Origin: Chiloscyllium plagiosum
Lineage: Eukaryota
Assembly (NCBI RefSeq): GCF_004010195.1
Contig: NC_057749.1
Location: 17,131,750-17,195,749 of the forward strand
DNA: 64,000 nucleotides
Direction: 5' to 3'
Below are positions 62,199 through 64,000 of this stretch, one piece after another (position 1 is the stretch's first letter; each line of letters begins with the position of its first letter). Both the position numbers and the translations under genes were made by a program. The notes under the pieces are model-generated. The model was not told where the DNA came from and ran no database searches. It was given only the letters and a program-made list of their open reading frames with translations.

Positions 62199-64000
62199 AT
62201 AGAGATGTACAGCATGGAAACCGACCCTTTGGTCCAACTTGACCATGCCGACCAGAGATCCCAGCTCAATCTAGTCCAACCTGCCAATACCCGGCCCATA
62301 TCCCTCCAAACCCTTCCTATTCATATACTCATCCAGATGCCTTTTAAATGCTGCAATTGTAGTAGCCTCCACCACTTCCTCTGGCTGCTCATTCCATATA
62401 CGTACCACCCTCTGCGTGAAAATGTTGCCCCTTAGGTCCCTTTTATATCTTTCCCCTTTCACCCTAAACCTATGCCCAGTAGTTCTGAACTCCCGCACCC
62501 TAGGGAAGAGATTTTGTCCATGCCGTTCATGATTTTATAAGCCTTTTAGGTCACCTCTCAACCTCTGACACTCCAGGGAAAACAGCCCCAGCCTATTCAA
62601 CCTCTCCCTGTAACTGAAATTCTCTAACCCTGACAACATCCTTGTCAATATTTTCTGAACTCTTCCAAGTTTCACAACATCCTTCTGATAGGAAGGAGAC
62701 CAGAATTGCATGGAATATTCCAAAAGTGGCCTAACCAATGTTATGTACAACCGCAACATGACCTGAGGTTTCTAAACATGAGGTTTCTAAATTCTTGGAA
62801 GAGGAGAGTCGGATTAGAACAAGTCAACATGGATTTAGTAAGTGGAGGTCGTGCCTGACAAACCTGTTGGAATTCTTTGAAGAGGTGACAAGTAGGTTAG
62901 ACCTGGGAAACCCAGTGGATGTGGTCTATCTAGACTTCCAAAAGGCCTTTGATAAGGTGCCACACGGGAGGCTGCTGAGCAAGGTGAGGACCCATGGTGT
63001 TCGAGGTGAGCTACTGGTATGGATTGAGGATTGGCTGTCTGACAGAAGGCAGAGAGTTGGGAATAAAAGGTTCTTTTTCGGAATGGCAGCCAGTGACAAG
63101 CGGNNNNNNNNNNNNNNNNNNNNNNNNNNNNNNNNNNNNNNNNNNNNNNNNNNNNNNNNNNNNNNNNNNNNNNNNNNNNNNNNNNNNNNNNNNNNNNNNN
63201 NNNNNNNNNNNNNNNNNNNNNNNNNNNNNNNNNNNNNNNNNNNNNNNNNNNNNNNNNNNNNNNNNNNNNNNNNNNNNNNNNNNNNNNNNNNNNNNNNNNN
63301 NNNNNNNNNNNNNNNNNNNNNNNNNNNNNNNNNNNNNNNNNNNNNNNNNNNNNNNNNNNNNNNNNNNNNNNNNNNNNNNNNNNNNNNNNNNNNNNNNNNN
63401 NNNNNNNNNNNNNNNNNNNNNNNNNNNNNNNNNNNNNNNNNNNNNNNNNNNNNNNNNNNNNNNNNNNNNNNNNNNNNNNNNNNNNNNNNNNNNNNNNNNN
63501 NNNNNNNNNNNNNNNNNNNNNNNNNNNNNNNNNNNNNNNNNNNNNNNNNNNNNNNNNNNNNNNNNNNNNNNNNNNNCTGTTAGGCGAGGAGACTAGGACC
63601 CATGGACACAGCCTTAGAATTAGAGGGGGTAAATTCAGAACAGAAATGTGGAGACATTTCTTCAGCCAGAGAGTGGTGGGCCTGTGGAATTCATTGCCGC
63701 AGAGTGCAGTGGAGGCCAGGATGCCAAATGTCTTCAAGGCAGAGATTGATAAATTCTTGATGTCACAAGGAATTAAGGGCTACGGGGAGAATTCCGGTAA
63801 GTGGAGTTGAAATGCCCATCAGCTATGATTGAATGGTAGAGTGGACTCGATGGGCCGAATGGCCTTACTTCCACTCCTATGTCTTATGGTCTTATGGACC
63901 TCCCAACTCCTGTATTCAGTACTCTGACCAATAAAGGAAAGCATACCAAACGTTGCCTTCACTATCCTATCTATCTGCAACTCCACTTTCAAGGAGCTAT
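62199..64000 (-). mobile_element. CR1 3' fragment (62199-62764 and 63897-64000) split by a plus-strand CR1
   Basis: The sequence gcaacatgacc|tcccaactcc is contiguous in the copy at ~48735; LVRPLLEYSMQFWSP. Confidence 0.85.
62765..63896 (+). mobile_element. Young CR1 fragment (spans a gap)
   Basis: SQHGF, SCLTNLLEFFEEV, VDVVYLDFQKAFDKVPH; tail ending tcttatggtcttatgg. Confidence 0.88.

Noticed and set aside
46640..64000. Next MYO9A coding exon (expected to start AFGNAKT)
   Set aside because: I did not find it; it is probably beyond the window, though a short exon could be missed by eye or lie in a gap.

Overview
Eukaryotic, repeat-dense vertebrate DNA with three assembly gaps (4812-5160, 22576-22991, 63104-63576). 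The repeat complement (HE1-type V-SINEs, CR1 LINEs, Penelope-like elements) points to a cartilaginous fish, probably a shark (inference). One host gene segment is supported: the large first coding exon of myosin IXA (MYO9A, + strand, exon 45620-46526, ATG 45684), encoding the RA domain and the start of the motor domain with the GESGSGKT P-loop. The rest is most likely intron, filled with nested decayed retroelements: many CR1 LINEs, a near-full-length L1-clade element, a Rex1/Babar fragment, solo LTRs, tRNA-derived SINEs and at least three Penelope-like element (PLE) lineages. The most interesting signal is a PLE system. Each lineage ends in a minimal hammerhead-ribozyme motif. Short non-coding hairpin elements built from these ribozyme-bearing ends have inserted on their own, with 13-16 bp target-site duplications (TSDs). 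Repeat boundaries were read by eye and are approximate; family names come from recalled motifs, not database searches.
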